The position numbers and the translations under genes were made by a program. Below are positions 16,490 to 25,799 of a stretch of 64,000 nucleotides of DNA, piece by piece. The stretch's first letter is position 1, and each line of letters starts with the position of its first letter. Source of the stretch: an uncultured Solirubrobacterales bacterium (GTDB taxonomy: Bacteria; Actinomycetota; Thermoleophilia; Solirubrobacterales; 70-9); the NCBI GenBank assembly GCA_963780395.1, contig CAWABY010000017.1:120625-184624 (forward strand). The letters are read 5' to 3'. Under the pieces are notes generated by a model. It searched no databases, was not told the origin of the DNA, and saw only the letters and a program-made list of their open reading frames with translations.

Positions 16490-17079
16490 TTGACTTCCGC
16501 GCCGCGCAGCCTCCTCCTCCCCCTCTTGGGTCTTGCGGCGCTGTGCGTGCTGGCCCTGGGCGCCTGCGGATCGGACGAGGGCGCCGGCAACCCGGACTCC
16601 GAGCTCTCCACCGAGCAGGCCTCCGCCCCGCTCGAGGACGCCCCGCCGCAGCTGGTCGCCATTCGCGATCAGGCGAACGAGCTGCTGGATGGCGGCACAG
16701 AGGCCTTCGACGGGCGCCTGGCCGAGTTGCGGGGCACGCCCGTCGTCGTCAACAAGTGGGCCTCGTGGTGCGGCCCGTGCCGCCTGGAGTTCCCCTTCTT
16801 CCAGTCCCAGGCCGACGAGCGCGGCGCCGAGGTCGCCTTCCTCGGCGTGCTCTCCGACGACTCCGAGGACGCGGGCGCCACCTTCCTCGAGGAGCTGCCG
16901 CTTCCCTATCCCTCGTACATCGACCCCGACCAGGACATCGCGGCGGAGATCGACGCGCCCCAGAACTTCCCCGCGACCGAGCTTCTACGACTCCAAGGGC
17001 GAGCTCGTCTACACGCGCCAGGGCGGCTACGCCGACGAGCAGGCAGCTCGCCGCGGACATCGAGCGCTACGCGCGCTAG
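16490..17079 (+). CDS. TlpA/ResA-like thiol:disulfide oxidoreductase lipoprotein; two +1 frame breaks (~16982, ~17043) as sequenced
   Basis: TTG 16490 gives MTSAPRSLLLPLLGLAALCVLALGAC (lipobox LGAC). A thioredoxin motif WASWCGPCRLEFP follows. The C-terminus continues through three frames: ...NFPAT / FYDSKGELVYTRQGGYADEQ / QLAADIERYAR*. Confidence 0.7.
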
Positions 17080-17116
17080 GACGCCGGGTTCAGTCGCACC
17101 GCAAGCCGAGGAATGG

Positions 17117-17608
17117 ATGTCGGATAATGGAAGTCGTGGATGTCGTAATCGTGATCGCCGCGTCGCCGTGCTGCTGCTGCTGGTCGAGCTGCTGCTGCCC
17201 ACCGGGGGAGTGCTGGCGCTGATCGGCGCCGCGGGGTTGGTCGCGGCGGGGATCGTCTCCCTGAGCGAGGACGACGACGCCGCGGACTACGTCGGCCCGG
17301 GGCTGATCACCCTCGGGGTGCTCTCGATCGCGACCTTCTTCATCATCACGCCGAAGATCATCCGCGCCCACCGCGACGAGCCGGTGCGCACTGGGTGGGA
17401 GGAGCTGATCGGCCTCGACGCCGAGGTGCGCGATGCGCTCGACCCGCTGGGCCAGGTCTGGATCGAGGGAGCCCTGTGGAAGGCCCGCGCCGCCGACGGG
17501 GACGCCCCGATCGCGATCGGCAATAGAGTGCGGATCGAGTCGGTTGACGGGCTGACGCTGATCGTGCGCCCGGCCGACAGCCAGGGAACTACGAGGAAAG
17601 CGAGCTGA
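17117..17608 (+). CDS. NfeD family membrane protein (short form, OB-fold C-terminus)
   Basis: This is the 3' part of chimeric ORF 16304-17608. It has TM segments VAVLLLLVELLLPTGGVLALIGAAGL and a C-terminal GQVWIEGALWKARA...VRIESVDGLTLIV. It lies immediately upstream of the SPFH gene. Confidence 0.8.
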   Translation: MSDNGSRGCRNRDRRVAVLLLLVELLLPTGGVLALIGAAGLVAAGIVSLSEDDDAADYVGPGLITLGVLSIATFFIITPKIIRAHRDEPVRTGWEELIGLDAEVRDALDPLGQVWIEGALWKARAADGDAPIAIGNRVRIESVDGLTLIVRPADSQGTTRKAS

Positions 17609-17611
17609 GAG

Positions 17612-18379
17612 ATGGCAGTCGCAATCGGGATCGCCGTAGTCGTCGTCTTCTTCCTGCTCTTCTTCCTCGGCTCCTCGATCCGGGTCCTGCGCGAGTACGA
17701 GCGCGGCGTCATCTTCCGCCTCGGGCGCCTGATCGCCCAGAAGGGCCCGGGACTGATCCTGCTGATCCCGGTGATCGACCGCATGGTCCGCGTCGACCTG
17801 CGGACGGTGACGCTGAACGTGCCGCCGCAGGAGGTGATCACGCGCGACAACGTTCCCTCTCGCGTCAACGCGGTCGCCTACTTCCGCGTGATCGACCCGA
17901 ACCGCGCCATCACCGAGGTCGAGAACTTCCTGCTCGCCACCTCGCAGATCGCCCAGACGGCGATGCGCTCGGTGCTGGGCAAGGCCGAGTTGGATCAGCT
18001 GCTGGCAGAGCGCGAGCGCCTGAACGAGGACCTGCAGAAGATCATCGACGAGCAGACCGAGCCCTGGGGCGTGAAGGTGACCACGGTCGAGATCAAGGAC
18101 GTCGAGATCCCCGAGCAGATGCAGCGCGCGATGGCCCGGCAGGCCGAGGCCGAACGCGAGCGGCGCGCCAAGATCATCGCCGCCGAGGGCGAGTTCCAGG
18201 CCGCCCAGAAGCTCGCCGATGCCGCCGACATCATCAGCAAGAACCCCGCGACCCTGCAGCTGCGCTACCTGCAGACGCTGCTGGAGATGGGCGTGAACCA
18301 GAACACGACGATCGTCTTCCCGATCCCGATCGAGTTCATGGACGCCTTCCAGCAGTTCCGGGCCAAGGCCGGCGCCTAG
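17612..18379 (+). CDS. SPFH/band-7 (stomatin-like, slipin) protein
   Basis: ORF 17612-18379 has an N-terminal TM and [16 protein letters not shown]...[16 protein letters not shown]...[10 protein letters not shown], the stomatin signature region. Confidence 0.9.
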   Translation: MAVAIGIAVVVVFFLLFFLGSSIRVLREYERGVIFRLGRLIAQKGPGLILLIPVIDRMVRVDLRTVTLNVPPQEVITRDNVPSRVNAVAYFRVIDPNRAITEVENFLLATSQIAQTAMRSVLGKAELDQLLAERERLNEDLQKIIDEQTEPWGVKVTTVEIKDVEIPEQMQRAMARQAEAERERRAKIIAAEGEFQAAQKLADAADIISKNPATLQLRYLQTLLEMGVNQNTTIVFPIPIEFMDAFQQFRAKAGA

Positions 18380-18385
18380 CGCCGC

Positions 18386-18859
18386 TTGAGCGCCCGCTGC
18401 CGCTTGACCGTCACCGTCCGGCCGACCGAGGCCCCCGATGAGGTCGCCGCCGCGCACGACCTGCGCCGGCGCGTCTTCCTCGGCGAGCAGCAGGTGGACG
18501 CCTCCGACGAGTTCGACGAGTTCGAGGCCACCTCGACCCAGATGGTCGCCCTCGATGAGGGCGGCGTCGTCGCGACCTGCCGCCTGCGCGCCTACGGCGA
18601 GGGCGGAGTGGAGAGGAAGCTCGAGCGGATGGCGGTCGAGCGCCGCCTCCGCGGCCTCGGCGTGGGCACCCGGCTGCTCGAGGGCGCCGAGCGGCTCGCG
18701 CGCGAGCAGGGGGCCGAGCGGATGGTGGTGCACGCCCAGACCCAAGCGCGCGACTTCTACGCCGCCAACGGCTACGAGCCCGAGGGCGATCTGTTCATGG
18801 AGGCCGGGATCGAGCACGTCCGCATGAGCAAACCCCTCGCTCCGAGCGATGAGCGCTGA
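18386..18859 (+). CDS. GNAT family N-acetyltransferase
   Basis: ORF 18386-18859. The acetyl-CoA binding motif is RMAVERRLRGLGVGTRLL. The C-terminus ends FYAANGYEPEG. Confidence 0.85.
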   Translation: MSARCRLTVTVRPTEAPDEVAAAHDLRRRVFLGEQQVDASDEFDEFEATSTQMVALDEGGVVATCRLRAYGEGGVERKLERMAVERRLRGLGVGTRLLEGAERLAREQGAERMVVHAQTQARDFYAANGYEPEGDLFMEAGIEHVRMSKPLAPSDER

Positions 18860-19904
18860 CGCGCCCCAGCCGCAGGTCCGGATCGACCAGCTGACCGGGC
18901 TGCGCACGCTGCTCGCCGCCGGGCGAGCCGACCGGCCCATCGAGCTGAAGCCGGCGACGCGGGACACACTGGATCAGAGCGAGTGCCCCTTCTGCGAGGG
19001 CAACGAGGACAAGACGCCGCCCGAGGTCTGGGCCGACCGCCCGGGCGGAGGCGCCGCCGACGGTCCGGGTTGGCGCGCCCGCGCGGTCCCCAACCTCTAT
19101 CCGGCGCTCGCGGGGCAACCGGGCCCTGCAGCGGGCGAGGCGACCGGCCCCGGCGCGCCCGCCGACCCGCTGCGCGCCTCCGCCCGGGTCGGCGAGCCCG
19201 ACCTGTTCTCGTCGGCGCCGGCGAGTGGGGCGCACGAGGTGATCATCAGCTCTCCCAGGCATCGGACCTCGCTGGCCGCCCTCGACGAGGGCGAGCTGGC
19301 CGCCGCGGTCGGGGCCTGGCGCGCGCGCATGGGCGCGCACGCCGAGGGCCACCCCTGCGTGCAGCTGATCGTCAACGAAGGCGGCGGCGCCGGCGCCAGC
19401 CTCGAGCACTCCCACGCGCAGCTGTACGCGCTCGACTTCGTGCCGGTGCTGATCGCCCGCGAGCGCGAGCGCTTCACTGCCTACAACCAGCAGACGATGG
19501 GGGGCGACCTGCTCGCCGACATCGCCTCAGAGGAGGTGCGCCGCCGCGAGCGCCTGGTTGCGATCGACGACGAGGCGATGGTGATCTGCCCCTGGGCCTC
19601 GCGCTCCCCGTTCGAGCTGCGGGTGATCCCACGAACGGCCGCGGGCCGGTTCGAGGCCGACGGCGAGGTCGGGGTCGGCGCCCTGGGCACCGCCCTTCGC
19701 GCCCTGCGCGAGCGCTTCGGCGAGGCGCTGGAGCTGAACCTCTGGGTCCGCACCGCCCCGCGCGACGCCGAGGTCTTCCACTGGCATATCGACATCGCCC
19801 CCCGGCTCGCGATCAAGGCCGGGTTCGAGCTCGCCACCGGCGTCGACATCAACATCTTCCCCCCCGAGCGCGCCGCATCAGAGCTGCGCGACTCCCTCGG
19901 CTAG
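18849..19904 (+). CDS. galT: Galactose-1-phosphate uridylyltransferase family (HIT superfamily branch III) protein
   Basis: ORF 18849-19904. Zinc motif CPFCEGNE, the active-site HSHAQL (HxHxQ), and VPNLYPAL. Confidence 0.8.
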   Translation: MSADAPQPQVRIDQLTGLRTLLAAGRADRPIELKPATRDTLDQSECPFCEGNEDKTPPEVWADRPGGGAADGPGWRARAVPNLYPALAGQPGPAAGEATGPGAPADPLRASARVGEPDLFSSAPASGAHEVIISSPRHRTSLAALDEGELAAAVGAWRARMGAHAEGHPCVQLIVNEGGGAGASLEHSHAQLYALDFVPVLIARERERFTAYNQQTMGGDLLADIASEEVRRRERLVAIDDEAMVICPWASRSPFELRVIPRTAAGRFEADGEVGVGALGTALRALRERFGEALELNLWVRTAPRDAEVFHWHIDIAPRLAIKAGFELATGVDINIFPPERAASELRDSLG

Positions 19905-19915
19905 GCTGCCCGCTC

Positions 19916-20557
19916 GTGCCACCGGTCCCCCGCCCGATCCCCCGCTTCATCGCGGACGCCAGCGTCGAGGGCCTGCCCTACGGCCGCTGGGCCCAGCAGC
20001 TGCGCGAGGCCTTCGCCAAGGCGTGCGAGCCGCACGTCGCGGAGGCCGGCGGCCCGCCGGGCGAGCTCACCTGGTTTCCCGAGCGCGGCTGGGGCGGCCG
20101 CGTCTATGCCCCCGCGATCGCCGCGGTGGACGGCGCCGCCAGGACCAGCGAGTACTTCGGCTACGTCTCCTTCGTCCGCGGCGAGGACGGCAGCCCCTCC
20201 GACCTGAAGGCGGTCGCAGACTTCACCGACGTCGTGGTCGAGGACAACCCCGACTGGGAGATCGACCTGAACGAGGAGGTGATCGGCACCTGGCGCGGCG
20301 AGGGCGAGCGCCGGGCCGACGTCACCCTCGTCTGGGGCACGCCGATGGTCCGGGGCTCCCAGGCGGCGACGGCCGAGCTGGACGGCGACACCGTCGACCA
20401 GGCCCCCGTCAGCGACGAGCGCTTCACCCTGATCGCCCTCGACGCCGTCAAGGGCTTCCCCGACGACCTCTACATGGAGCTGGCGCTGTGGACCAACAAG
20501 GGCGCCGAGCTCGCCCGCGAGAGCCTCTACGACGCATCCGAGCCCGAAGCGTCCTAG
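19916..20557 (+). CDS. Hypothetical protein (213 aa, acidic)
   Basis: This is the 3' part of chimeric ORF 18983-20557, starting at GTG 19916. It has protein-like composition (IADASVEGLPYGRWAQQLREAFAK...). No domain recognised. Confidence 0.55.
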   Translation: MPPVPRPIPRFIADASVEGLPYGRWAQQLREAFAKACEPHVAEAGGPPGELTWFPERGWGGRVYAPAIAAVDGAARTSEYFGYVSFVRGEDGSPSDLKAVADFTDVVVEDNPDWEIDLNEEVIGTWRGEGERRADVTLVWGTPMVRGSQAATAELDGDTVDQAPVSDERFTLIALDAVKGFPDDLYMELALWTNKGAELARESLYDASEPEAS

Positions 20558-20689
20558 GTGGGACCCGCCCGCTTAAATCGCCCCAACGCCGAAGTCCAGT
20601 AGCTTGGCATCGACGAGCAGGTCGCCTGCTGCTTTTCTCCCGGCAGGTGAAACCCGGTTTCTTCCGGCTGTGTGGCCGGAGAAGGTTTG

Positions 20690-22861
20690 ATGAGTACGGT
20701 TCGGCTATCGGGGGACACTTCCGCGGTTGATGGGACCGAGCAGGGGCGCAGCGCTGCCGCTAGCCGACCACTAGTCGGGCTATTGCTCGCCGGCATCCTG
20801 GCGAGCATTCTGGCGCTCTCGACCGAGACCGCCGTTGCCAGTCACCCGGACGGCGCCTCCCCCGGTCTGCCCCCCGGCATGAGCGAGGCCGAGCTCCGCG
20901 AGGCCGAGACGGCGATCCTCGGGCCCGAGCATGCCGCCGAGCACGCTCAGCAACGGGCGGTGGCGAGCCAGCTGGAGGCCGACCCCGCCGACACGGCCAC
21001 GGCTGGCGACGGGTCGGCGCAGTTCAGGGTCGTCGGCCCTCCCGCGCAGGTTGGGCAGTGGGGCGCGCCTTTCGAGATCCCCACCGTCGGCATCCACGCG
21101 GCGCTTCTTCCCACCGGCAAGGTGATGTGGTGGTCCAACATCGTCCCCGGCGAGAACACGGCACAGGCCTGGCTCTGGGACCCCAGCACGGGGGCCACGA
21201 AGCGGGTGGACCCGCCGATACTTTCCGCAACGGGGGAAGCGGCCAACATCTGGTGCAGCGGGCAATCGCTGCTCGCCGACGGCCGCGTGCTCGTCACCGG
21301 GGGCAACCTCGCCTATCCCGACGGCCCCCCCGCCACCCCGTCGCGGAAGGGGCTCAACAAGGTCTACACGTTCAATCCATTCAACGAGACCTGGACCGAG
21401 CAGCCCGACATGCCCCACGGGCGCTGGTACCCAGGCCAAGTCAGCCTCCCCGACGGGCGGACGCTGATCATCAGCGGGCTTAACGAGACCGGTAGCGGAG
21501 ATCAGAACCCCGATGTCGACCTGTTCACCCCCTCGGCAGATCTCAACGGGCAGGGCACCCTGACGACGATCGCGACCCGAGGCGGAGCGGGGCAACCCCC
21601 GCAGGGCGGGAACTATCCCCACATGTTCGTGATGCCGAGTGGACGCACCCTGGTCGCCGGGCCACAGCCCCAGGACAGTTGGTTCGTCGACCAGACCAGC
21701 CCGTTTTCGTGGTCGCAGGTCACAGACTTCGCCGGCGGCTCCCGGCGGTTCGGCAGTGGTGTCCTGATGCCCGGCGGCCCGGGGGGGTCCGGCATCGCGA
21801 TGTTGATCGGGGGAGGGACTCCGGCCGCCCTCGGCACCTCGGTTAGGTTCGACGAGAGCTCTCCCTCCTCCTGGAGCACCGGCCCTTCCTTGCAGATACC
21901 ACGAACGCACCACAACACGGTGCTGCTCCCGGACGGCTCGATGGCGACGGTCGGCGGAGGCGTCGGCAACGGTCCCACGAATGGACTGTGGGATGCCGAT
22001 GAGGAGCAGAAGCAGGTCGAGCTCTACGACCCGGCGACACAGACCTGGCGGCTCGGCGCCTCCCAGCAGGAGAGCCGCGCCTACCATTCCACCGCCCTGC
22101 TGCTCCCCGATGGCCGGGTGCTGTCCGCCGGGGACGAGGTCAACGGCGCCAGTCTCGACGCAGCCGAGATCTATGAGCCGCCGTATCTGTTCAACGGACC
22201 ACAACCGGCGATCACCTCGGCCCCCGACAGCGTCGCCTGGGGGGATGACTTCGGCGTCTACAGCCCGGACGCGATCTCGCGAGCGGTGCTGATGGCCCCG
22301 GGCGCGACCACCCACGGGAACGACATGAACCAGCGCCACGTCGAGCTCCAGGTCACGGGCGTGACCGCCGGGGTGGGCGTCAACGTAGCCGCGCCGCCCA
22401 GCTCCGCGGTGGCCCCTCCGGGCTACTACATGCTCTTCCTCCTCAATCAGCAGGGCGTGCCTTCAGCAGCGCGCTGGGTCAAAGTGGATCCCAGTGCGCC
22501 CGATCGGCCACCGCTCGTTCTCAGCGCCGGCGCCACCCTCGGGGCCAAGGCTAAGAGCCAGCGCCCCAGGGTAAAGCGCAAGAAGCTGATCCTGCCGATC
22601 AAATGTGTGCAACCCGAGGGCGTGGACTGCGCCGGCGAGATCGCAGTCACGGCGAAGGTGGGTGGCGGGGCCGCCATCGCCAAGCGGGTGACCCTCGCGG
22701 CCGGCTCGTACTCTGTTCCCTCCGGAACCACCCGCGAGGTGAAGCTGAAACTGAGCAAGCGCGGCATGTTCCTGATCAAGAGAAAGGGCAAGCTCAAAGC
22801 CACGGTGACGCTCACGAACAGCCTCAACGGCGTCGCCGACAGCTTCAAGGTCAAGATCTAG
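20690..22861 (+). CDS. Secreted galactose oxidase / glyoxal oxidase-like protein (kelch beta-propeller + DUF1929) with Lys-rich C-terminal extra domain
   Basis: ORF 20672-22861. ATG 20690 is preceded by ggagaagg. There is a signal/TM segment. GRWYPGQVSLPDGRTLIISG, YHSTALLLPDGRVLSAG and APPGYYMLFLLNQQGVPS are typical of AA5-type radical copper oxidase folds. Confidence 0.75.
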   Translation: MSTVRLSGDTSAVDGTEQGRSAAASRPLVGLLLAGILASILALSTETAVASHPDGASPGLPPGMSEAELREAETAILGPEHAAEHAQQRAVASQLEADPADTATAGDGSAQFRVVGPPAQVGQWGAPFEIPTVGIHAALLPTGKVMWWSNIVPGENTAQAWLWDPSTGATKRVDPPILSATGEAANIWCSGQSLLADGRVLVTGGNLAYPDGPPATPSRKGLNKVYTFNPFNETWTEQPDMPHGRWYPGQVSLPDGRTLIISGLNETGSGDQNPDVDLFTPSADLNGQGTLTTIATRGGAGQPPQGGNYPHMFVMPSGRTLVAGPQPQDSWFVDQTSPFSWSQVTDFAGGSRRFGSGVLMPGGPGGSGIAMLIGGGTPAALGTSVRFDESSPSSWSTGPSLQIPRTHHNTVLLPDGSMATVGGGVGNGPTNGLWDADEEQKQVELYDPATQTWRLGASQQESRAYHSTALLLPDGRVLSAGDEVNGASLDAAEIYEPPYLFNGPQPAITSAPDSVAWGDDFGVYSPDAISRAVLMAPGATTHGNDMNQRHVELQVTGVTAGVGVNVAAPPSSAVAPPGYYMLFLLNQQGVPSAARWVKVDPSAPDRPPLVLSAGATLGAKAKSQRPRVKRKKLILPIKCVQPEGVDCAGEIAVTAKVGGGAAIAKRVTLAAGSYSVPSGTTREVKLKLSKRGMFLIKRKGKLKATVTLTNSLNGVADSFKVKI

Positions 22862-22978
22862 ACCTACGCGCGAACCTGCTGCTCGGTTGGGCTGAAATGC
22901 CGAGGACGCCGATACGCTGGAGACGTCGCGGGACGCTGCCACCGGAAACATGGCGTTTGCAGCGTGATCCCGCAACCG

Positions 22979-23055
<77 letters not shown>

Positions 23056-23058
23056 GCT

Positions 23059-24279
23059 ATGGAGATTCGGAAAGTCTTGAGTTGGCGGCGTCGGTGTGCC
23101 GTCGCGGCCGGGGTGGTGACGGTGACGGCGTCGCTTGCGGTCGGCGCCGGCTCGAGCCGGGCCTCGTTTCCGGTCGGCGAGCCCGGCAAGATCGTCTTCT
23201 CGCGCTTCGACGGCAGCCAGACCGATGTCTGGTACATGAATCCGGATGGTTCCGGCCAGCTCGATCTCACCAACACCGCATCGCCGGCGTCAGAGTCCGG
23301 AGCGATCTTCTCGCCTGATGGCCGCCGGATCGCCTATATCCAGGACGCTGAGGTCTACGTCATGAACGCGGACGGCTCGGTCCGGACCAACCTGACGAAC
23401 ACTCCAGGCCCCGAGGAGCAGGACGTGAACTTCTCACCCGACGGGCGGCGGATCGTCTTTGCCCGTATCAGCGGGCCCGATGCCGACATCGCGGCGGTCA
23501 ACACCGATGGCACCGGGGCCGTTCCGATCACCCAGACACCCGACACCAGCGAAACCGGCCCGAGCTTCTCCCCCGACGGGCGGCGGATCGCCTTCAACCG
23601 CTGTGACGGGCAATGCGATCTCTGGGTCATGAACGCCGACGGCTCCAACCCGACGCCCCTCACCAGTCCCGGTTCTCCAGTCAACGAACTGGACGCCGCC
23701 TTCTCCCCCGACGGGAAGCGGATCGCCTTCCGGCGGGACAACGACATCTGGGTGATGAACGCCGACGGCTCCGGTCAGGTCCCGCTGATGCTCACCCCCG
23801 GTATCGCCAATCAGGAGGGAGGGCCGGTGTTCTCGCCCGATGGCAAGAGGATCCTGTTCCGGCGCTTCAACGGCATGCAGGGGGAGATCCTCGTCATGAA
23901 CGCCGACGGCTCCGCGGAGCTCAATTTGACGAACACGCCCGCGCCCGTCTCCGAGGCATCCGCTGACTGGGAATCCATGTACCGGTGTGCGGGGCGGCGC
24001 GCGACCCTGGTCGGCACGGACTCCGCTGAGATCCTCAAGGGCACCAAGCGAGCCGACGTGATCGTGGGCAACGGGGGCAACGACAAGCTCGTCGGGCGAG
24101 GCGGCAAGGACCGGATCTGCGGCGGCAGGGGCAACGACAAGCTCAAGGGCGGCGCCGGCAACGACCGGCTATTCGGAGGAGCCGGGCGCGACAAGCTCGC
24201 CGGCCAGAAGGGCAGCGACAAGTGCGCCGGGGGGGCCGGCAAGGACAAGGGCACCGCCTGCGAGAAGGGGAAGGTCTAG
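23059..24279 (+). CDS. Secreted TolB-like PD40 beta-propeller repeat protein with C-terminal RTX-type (GGxGxDxLx) calcium-binding repeats
   Basis: ORF 23059-24279. Repeats of FSPDG(R/K)RI(A/V/L)(Y/F), each followed by VMNADGS. There are seven tandem nonamers: GNGGNDKLV GRGGKDRIC GGRGNDKLK GGAGNDRLF GGAGRDKLA GQKGSDKCA GGAGKDKGT. Confidence 0.8.
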   Translation: MEIRKVLSWRRRCAVAAGVVTVTASLAVGAGSSRASFPVGEPGKIVFSRFDGSQTDVWYMNPDGSGQLDLTNTASPASESGAIFSPDGRRIAYIQDAEVYVMNADGSVRTNLTNTPGPEEQDVNFSPDGRRIVFARISGPDADIAAVNTDGTGAVPITQTPDTSETGPSFSPDGRRIAFNRCDGQCDLWVMNADGSNPTPLTSPGSPVNELDAAFSPDGKRIAFRRDNDIWVMNADGSGQVPLMLTPGIANQEGGPVFSPDGKRILFRRFNGMQGEILVMNADGSAELNLTNTPAPVSEASADWESMYRCAGRRATLVGTDSAEILKGTKRADVIVGNGGNDKLVGRGGKDRICGGRGNDKLKGGAGNDRLFGGAGRDKLAGQKGSDKCAGGAGKDKGTACEKGKV

Positions 24280-24284
24280 CTGGG

Positions 24285-24326
24285 CTAAGGAGTAGGCCCC
24301 AGGTTCGAATCCTGGTCGGGGCGCTG
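24285..24326 (+). repeat. Direct repeat copy 2 (orphan 3' half of tRNA-Arg; att-like)
   Basis: Exact 42-bp copy of 23014-23055. It lies 5 nt after the stop of the PD40/RTX gene. Confidence 0.9.
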
Positions 24327-24347
24327 CGGGTTGCGATGTAGGTTCGC

Positions 24348-24707
24348 TCAATCCGAGCGGTGGGAGACGATGTTCACGGTCGTCCCGCTGGGCTCGCGAA
24401 GCATGAAGCGCCGGACACCCCACTCCTCGTCGCGCAGCGGATAGGCGATTTCGAGGCCAAGCTCCACCGCTCTGGCGTGGACGGCGTCGACGTCATCCAC
24501 CCCGACCGAGATGCCGGGCGCCGCCGGGTCGTCGTTGCCGATGATCGTCACCTGGGCGGTGGGGTTGGTCGGTGAGGTGAGGGTCACCACCCAGCCCAGG
24601 TCCATCGCCACCTCGAAGCCGAGGAGGTCGACGAAGAACTCTCTGGTCCCAGCGGGCTGATCGGAGCTGATGTTCGGGACCGCCCGCCTGATCGTCACCG
24701 CCGACAC
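24348..24707 (-). CDS. VOC (glyoxalase/bleomycin resistance/dioxygenase) family protein
   Basis: ORF 24348-24707. The length (119 aa) and pattern (FFVDLLGFEV...EWGVRRFMLREPSG) are typical of the VOC fold. Confidence 0.8.
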   Translation of the reverse strand: MSAVTIRRAVPNISSDQPAGTREFFVDLLGFEVAMDLGWVVTLTSPTNPTAQVTIIGNDDPAAPGISVGVDDVDAVHARAVELGLEIAYPLRDEEWGVRRFMLREPSGTTVNIVSHRSD

Positions 24708-24788
24708 CCTAATCGGATCAGGCCGGCGAGAAAGCGCTCGAGCACCCGGCTAGACCCGATCGGCGGCGCGGCGTACCATCCCCGCCCT

Positions 24789-25799
24789 GTGAAGCTGATC
24801 ATCCAGATCCCCTGTCTGAACGAAGAGGAGACGCTTCCTCGCACGCTGGCTGACCTGCCGCGCGAGGTCGAGGGCTTCGACCGCGTCGAGTGGCTGGTCG
24901 TCGACGACGGCTCAACCGACCGCACGGTCGAGGTCGCGCGCGAGCACGGGGTCGAGCACCTGGTGCGGCTGACCAACAACAAGGGGCTGGCGGCGGCCTT
25001 CCAGGCCGGGCTGGACGCCGCCCTGAAGCTGGGCGCCGACGTGATCGTCAACACCGACGCCGACAACCAGTACTCCGCCCGCGACGTACCGCGGCTGGTC
25101 GAGCCGATCCTGGCCGGCCGCGCCGACATGGTGGTCGGCGACCGCCGCGTGCAGACGATCGAGCATTTCTCGCCGACCAAGAAGCTGCTGCAGCGGCTGG
25201 GGAGCTGGATCGTGCGCCGCGCCTCGGGGACCACCGTCCCCGACACGACCTCGGGCTTCCGCGCGTACAACCGCGAGGCGGCGCTGCAGCTGCTGGTGGT
25301 CAACAACTACACCTACACGCTGGAGAGCCTGATCCAGGCGGGCAAGGGGATGGTGGCCATCGAGGACGTCCCCGTCTCCACCAACCCGAAGACGCGCGAG
25401 TCCCGGTTGATGGGTTCGACCTCGCGCTACGTCGGCCGCAGCGCCTTCGCGATCTTCCGCGCCTACGTCCGCCACGAGCCGCTGCGGGTGTTCATGGTCG
25501 CGGCGGCGATCTTCACCGTGCTGGCGCTGGGGGCGTGGACCCCGTTCCTGGCCGACTTCGTCCTCAACGGCGACAGCACCGGGCACATCCAGTCGCTGAT
25601 CCTGGGGGCGGTGCTGATGCTGGCCGCGGTGCAGATGTTCGCGCTGGGGATCATCGGCGACGCCCTGGCGGGCCAGCGCGTGGTCGCGCAGAGGATCTAT
25701 GAGCGTGTGCGTCGCCTGGAGCTCGAGGCGGGCGTGGCCCCGTCCCACTACGAGCCGAACCTGACCGTGGAGACGATCGAGACCATCACCCGCTCGTGA
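24789..25799 (+). CDS. Family 2 glycosyltransferase, polyprenyl-phosphate sugar synthase-like (GtrB/ArnC/DPM-type) with C-terminal TM helices
   Basis: ORF 24789-25799. IQIPCLNEEETL, VVDDGSTDRT, the DxD motif in NTDADNQY, and two C-terminal hydrophobic helices. Confidence 0.85.
   Translation: MKLIIQIPCLNEEETLPRTLADLPREVEGFDRVEWLVVDDGSTDRTVEVAREHGVEHLVRLTNNKGLAAAFQAGLDAALKLGADVIVNTDADNQYSARDVPRLVEPILAGRADMVVGDRRVQTIEHFSPTKKLLQRLGSWIVRRASGTTVPDTTSGFRAYNREAALQLLVVNNYTYTLESLIQAGKGMVAIEDVPVSTNPKTRESRLMGSTSRYVGRSAFAIFRAYVRHEPLRVFMVAAAIFTVLALGAWTPFLADFVLNGDSTGHIQSLILGAVLMLAAVQMFALGIIGDALAGQRVVAQRIYERVRRLELEAGVAPSHYEPNLTVETIETITRS

Noticed and set aside
16304-17608. 434-aa ORF, and similarly 18983-20557 and 51981-54725, as single proteins.
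   Set aside because: Each is a chimera: a real gene at one end and an open wrong frame across a neighbour at the other (tlpA N-terminus + nfeD; galT shadow + hypothetical; DUF4395 gene + shadow of 52766-54304).
20617-20645. Hairpin agcagg-tcg-cctgct followed by gcttttctcc after the 19916-20557 gene.
   Set aside because: It has only a 6-bp stem with a 3-nt loop and a short interrupted T tract. It is plausible but too weak to list as a feature.
24040-24270. Tandem periodic DNA at 24040-24270 and at 54420-54560 as possible CRISPR or VNTR arrays.
   Set aside because: The periodicity is 27 nt (RTX nonamers) and ~15 nt (AARKA repeats), lies inside ORFs, has no unique spacers, and is degenerate at the DNA level. 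These are coding repeats, not CRISPR.
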